Shown piece by piece: positions 62,375 to 64,000 of a stretch of DNA of 64,000 bases. The DNA is from an uncultured Candidatus Rokubacteria bacterium. Its GTDB lineage: Bacteria > Methylomirabilota > Methylomirabilia > Rokubacteriales > CSP1-6. The stretch is from contig CAVYTA010000007.1 in NCBI GenBank assembly GCA_963771355.1, positions 64,001 through 128,000 of the forward strand, read 5' to 3'. Each line of letters opens with the position of its first letter. The stretch's first letter is position 1. Below the pieces are notes generated by a model. It saw only the letters and a list, made by a program, of their open reading frames with translations, was not told the DNA's origin and ran no database searches. A program made the translations under genes and the position numbers.

Positions 62375-64000
62375 ATGGACTACAAGGACACCCTCAACCT
62401 TCCGAAGACGTCCTTCCCCATGAAGGCCAACCTGCCCAAGCTCGAGCCCGAGATGCTCGAGCGATGGCAGGCCATGGACATCTACGGGCGGATCCGCAAG
62501 GCGGCCGCCTCGCGCCCGCTGTGGATCCTCCACGATGGTCCGCCCTATGCCAACGGGCACATCCACATGGGCACCGCGCTGAACAAGATCCTGAAGGACT
62601 TCGTGGTCAAGACGCACAACATGCTCGGCCACAACGCGGTGTACGTGCCGGGCTGGGACTGCCACGGGCTGCCCATCGAGCATCAGGTGGACAAGGAGCT
62701 GGGGCTGGACACCACCTCCGAGGATGTACGCAAGGCCATGGACCCGGTGGACAAGATCCGCCGGTGCCGCGAGTACGCGCTCCGGTTCCTCGACATCCAG
62801 CGCGAGGAGTTCAAGCGCCTCGGCGTCTTCGGCGACTGGGCGAATCGCTACGCCACGCTCGACCCGGAGTACGAGGCGGTCATCGTCCGCGAGTTCGGTC
62901 GCTTCGTGGGCCAGGGCGCCGTCTACAAGGGACTCAAGCCGGTCCATTGGTGCATGCACTGCAAGACCGCGCTCGCCCAGGCCGAGGTGGAGTACGAGGA
63001 TGAGACCACGCCGACGGTGTACGTGAAGTTCCCCGTCGTCAAGCCGAGTCCCGCCCTCGCGGAGGCGCTCGGTGGGCGCAAGGCCTCGTTCGTGATCTGG
63101 ACCACCACCCCATGGACCTTGCCCGCCAACCTCGCCATCGCGGTGCATCCCGAGGAGACCTACACCGCGCTCGAGGTGGACGACGAGTGGCTGGTGGTGG
63201 CCCGCCCCCTCGCGGCCGCGGTGGCCAATCTGCCCGGCGTGGCCGGGCGCGCGCGCGCCACCAGCCTGGCCCTGCCCGGCTCGGCCTTCGCGGGCACGGT
63301 TGCCCGGCATCCGTGGATCGAGCGCGACGCCATCGTCCTCGCCGAGGATTTCGTGGCGATGGACGCGGGCACCGGGCTCGTGCACATCGCCCCCGGCCAC
63401 GGCGAGGAGGACTACGAAAGCGGCCGCCGCGCCGGGCTCAGGATCTACAACCCGGTGGACGACGACGGGCGCTTCATCGCCGAGGTCGCGCACTTCGCGG
63501 GGCAGACGGTGTGGGAGGCGAACCCGAAGATCATCGCGCATCTCCGCCAGGTGGGCGCGCTCCTCGCCGAGATGCCGGTGAGCCATACCTACCCTCACTG
63601 CTGGCGCTGCAAGAACCCCACGCTCTTCCGCGCCACCGAGCAGTGGTTCATCTCGCTCGACAAGACGGGGCTCCGGCAGAAGGCGCTCGACGCCATCCGC
63701 AACCGCGTGCGCTGGATTCCCGCCTGGGGCGAGGAGCGCCTCTACAACATGGTGGCCCACCGGCCGGACTGGGTCCTCTCGCGCCAGCGCGTCTGGGGCG
63801 TGCCGATCGTGGCCTTCTATTGTCGCGGGTGCGAGGCCCTCCTCCTGGAGGAGCGTGTGTGCGAGCACGTGGCGGGGATCTTCCGCGCGGGCCGAGGCAT
63901 CGAGGAGTGGTACCTGCGCCCCGAGGGCGAGCTGGTGCCGCCGGGCACCCGGTGCGCCGGCTGCGGCGGTACGGAGTTTCGCCGCGAGACCGACATCCTG
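62375..64000 (+). CDS. ileS: isoleucyl-tRNA synthetase, runs off window end
   Basis: MDYKDTLNLPKTSFPM, HDGPPYANGHIH, GWDCHGLPIE, WTTTPWTLP, DWVLSRQR. Confidence 0.97.
   Translation, partial: MDYKDTLNLPKTSFPMKANLPKLEPEMLERWQAMDIYGRIRKAAASRPLWILHDGPPYANGHIHMGTALNKILKDFVVKTHNMLGHNAVYVPGWDCHGLPIEHQVDKELGLDTTSEDVRKAMDPVDKIRRCREYALRFLDIQREEFKRLGVFGDWANRYATLDPEYEAVIVREFGRFVGQGAVYKGLKPVHWCMHCKTALAQAEVEYEDETTPTVYVKFPVVKPSPALAEALGGRKASFVIWTTTPWTLPANLAIAVHPEETYTALEVDDEWLVVARPLAAAVANLPGVAGRARATSLALPGSAFAGTVARHPWIERDAIVLAEDFVAMDAGTGLVHIAPGHGEEDYESGRRAGLRIYNPVDDDGRFIAEVAHFAGQTVWEANPKIIAHLRQVGALLAEMPVSHTYPHCWRCKNPTLFRATEQWFISLDKTGLRQKALDAIRNRVRWIPAWGEERLYNMVAHRPDWVLSRQRVWGVPIVAFYCRGCEALLLEERVCEHVAGIFRAGRGIEEWYLRPEGELVPPGTRCAGCGGTEFRRETDIL

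Overview
High-GC bacterial chromosomal window. Gene content is compatible with a soil lineage such as Candidatus Rokubacteria/Methylomirabilota, but this is inference only. It holds about 60 genes: mltD-ThiS/MoaD-AhpD operon, Tim44 protein, small Cys-rich proteins, aromatic/amino-acid catabolism with ABC and TRAP transporters, leuA with a leucine attenuator, an accessory block (about 29-47 kb), the selenocysteine machinery (tRNA-Sec, selA, selB), a GH51 arabinofuranosidase with sugar ABC transporter, tatA, two GT-C-like membrane proteins and the 5' part of ileS. Top findings: (1) a 505-aa lipoprotein (29995-31512) whose motif order resembles the bacterial gasdermin pore-forming fold but which carries a lipoprotein signal peptide. 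It sits in an operon with a signal-less muramidase and a secreted Cys-repeat protein, divergent from a TM/TPR protein and a papain-like protease-hydrolase fusion. The fold call is by eye and needs structural checking. (2) A hidden AhpD-like selenoprotein (CxxU, in-frame TGA at 2320 plus SECIS-like hairpin) that the ORF track splits in two. (3) A cluster of tiny zinc-ribbon-like proteins, one missing from the ORF track. At least six genes carry small frameshifts, most likely assembly errors. No CRISPR array, rRNA, integrase or transposase was seen.
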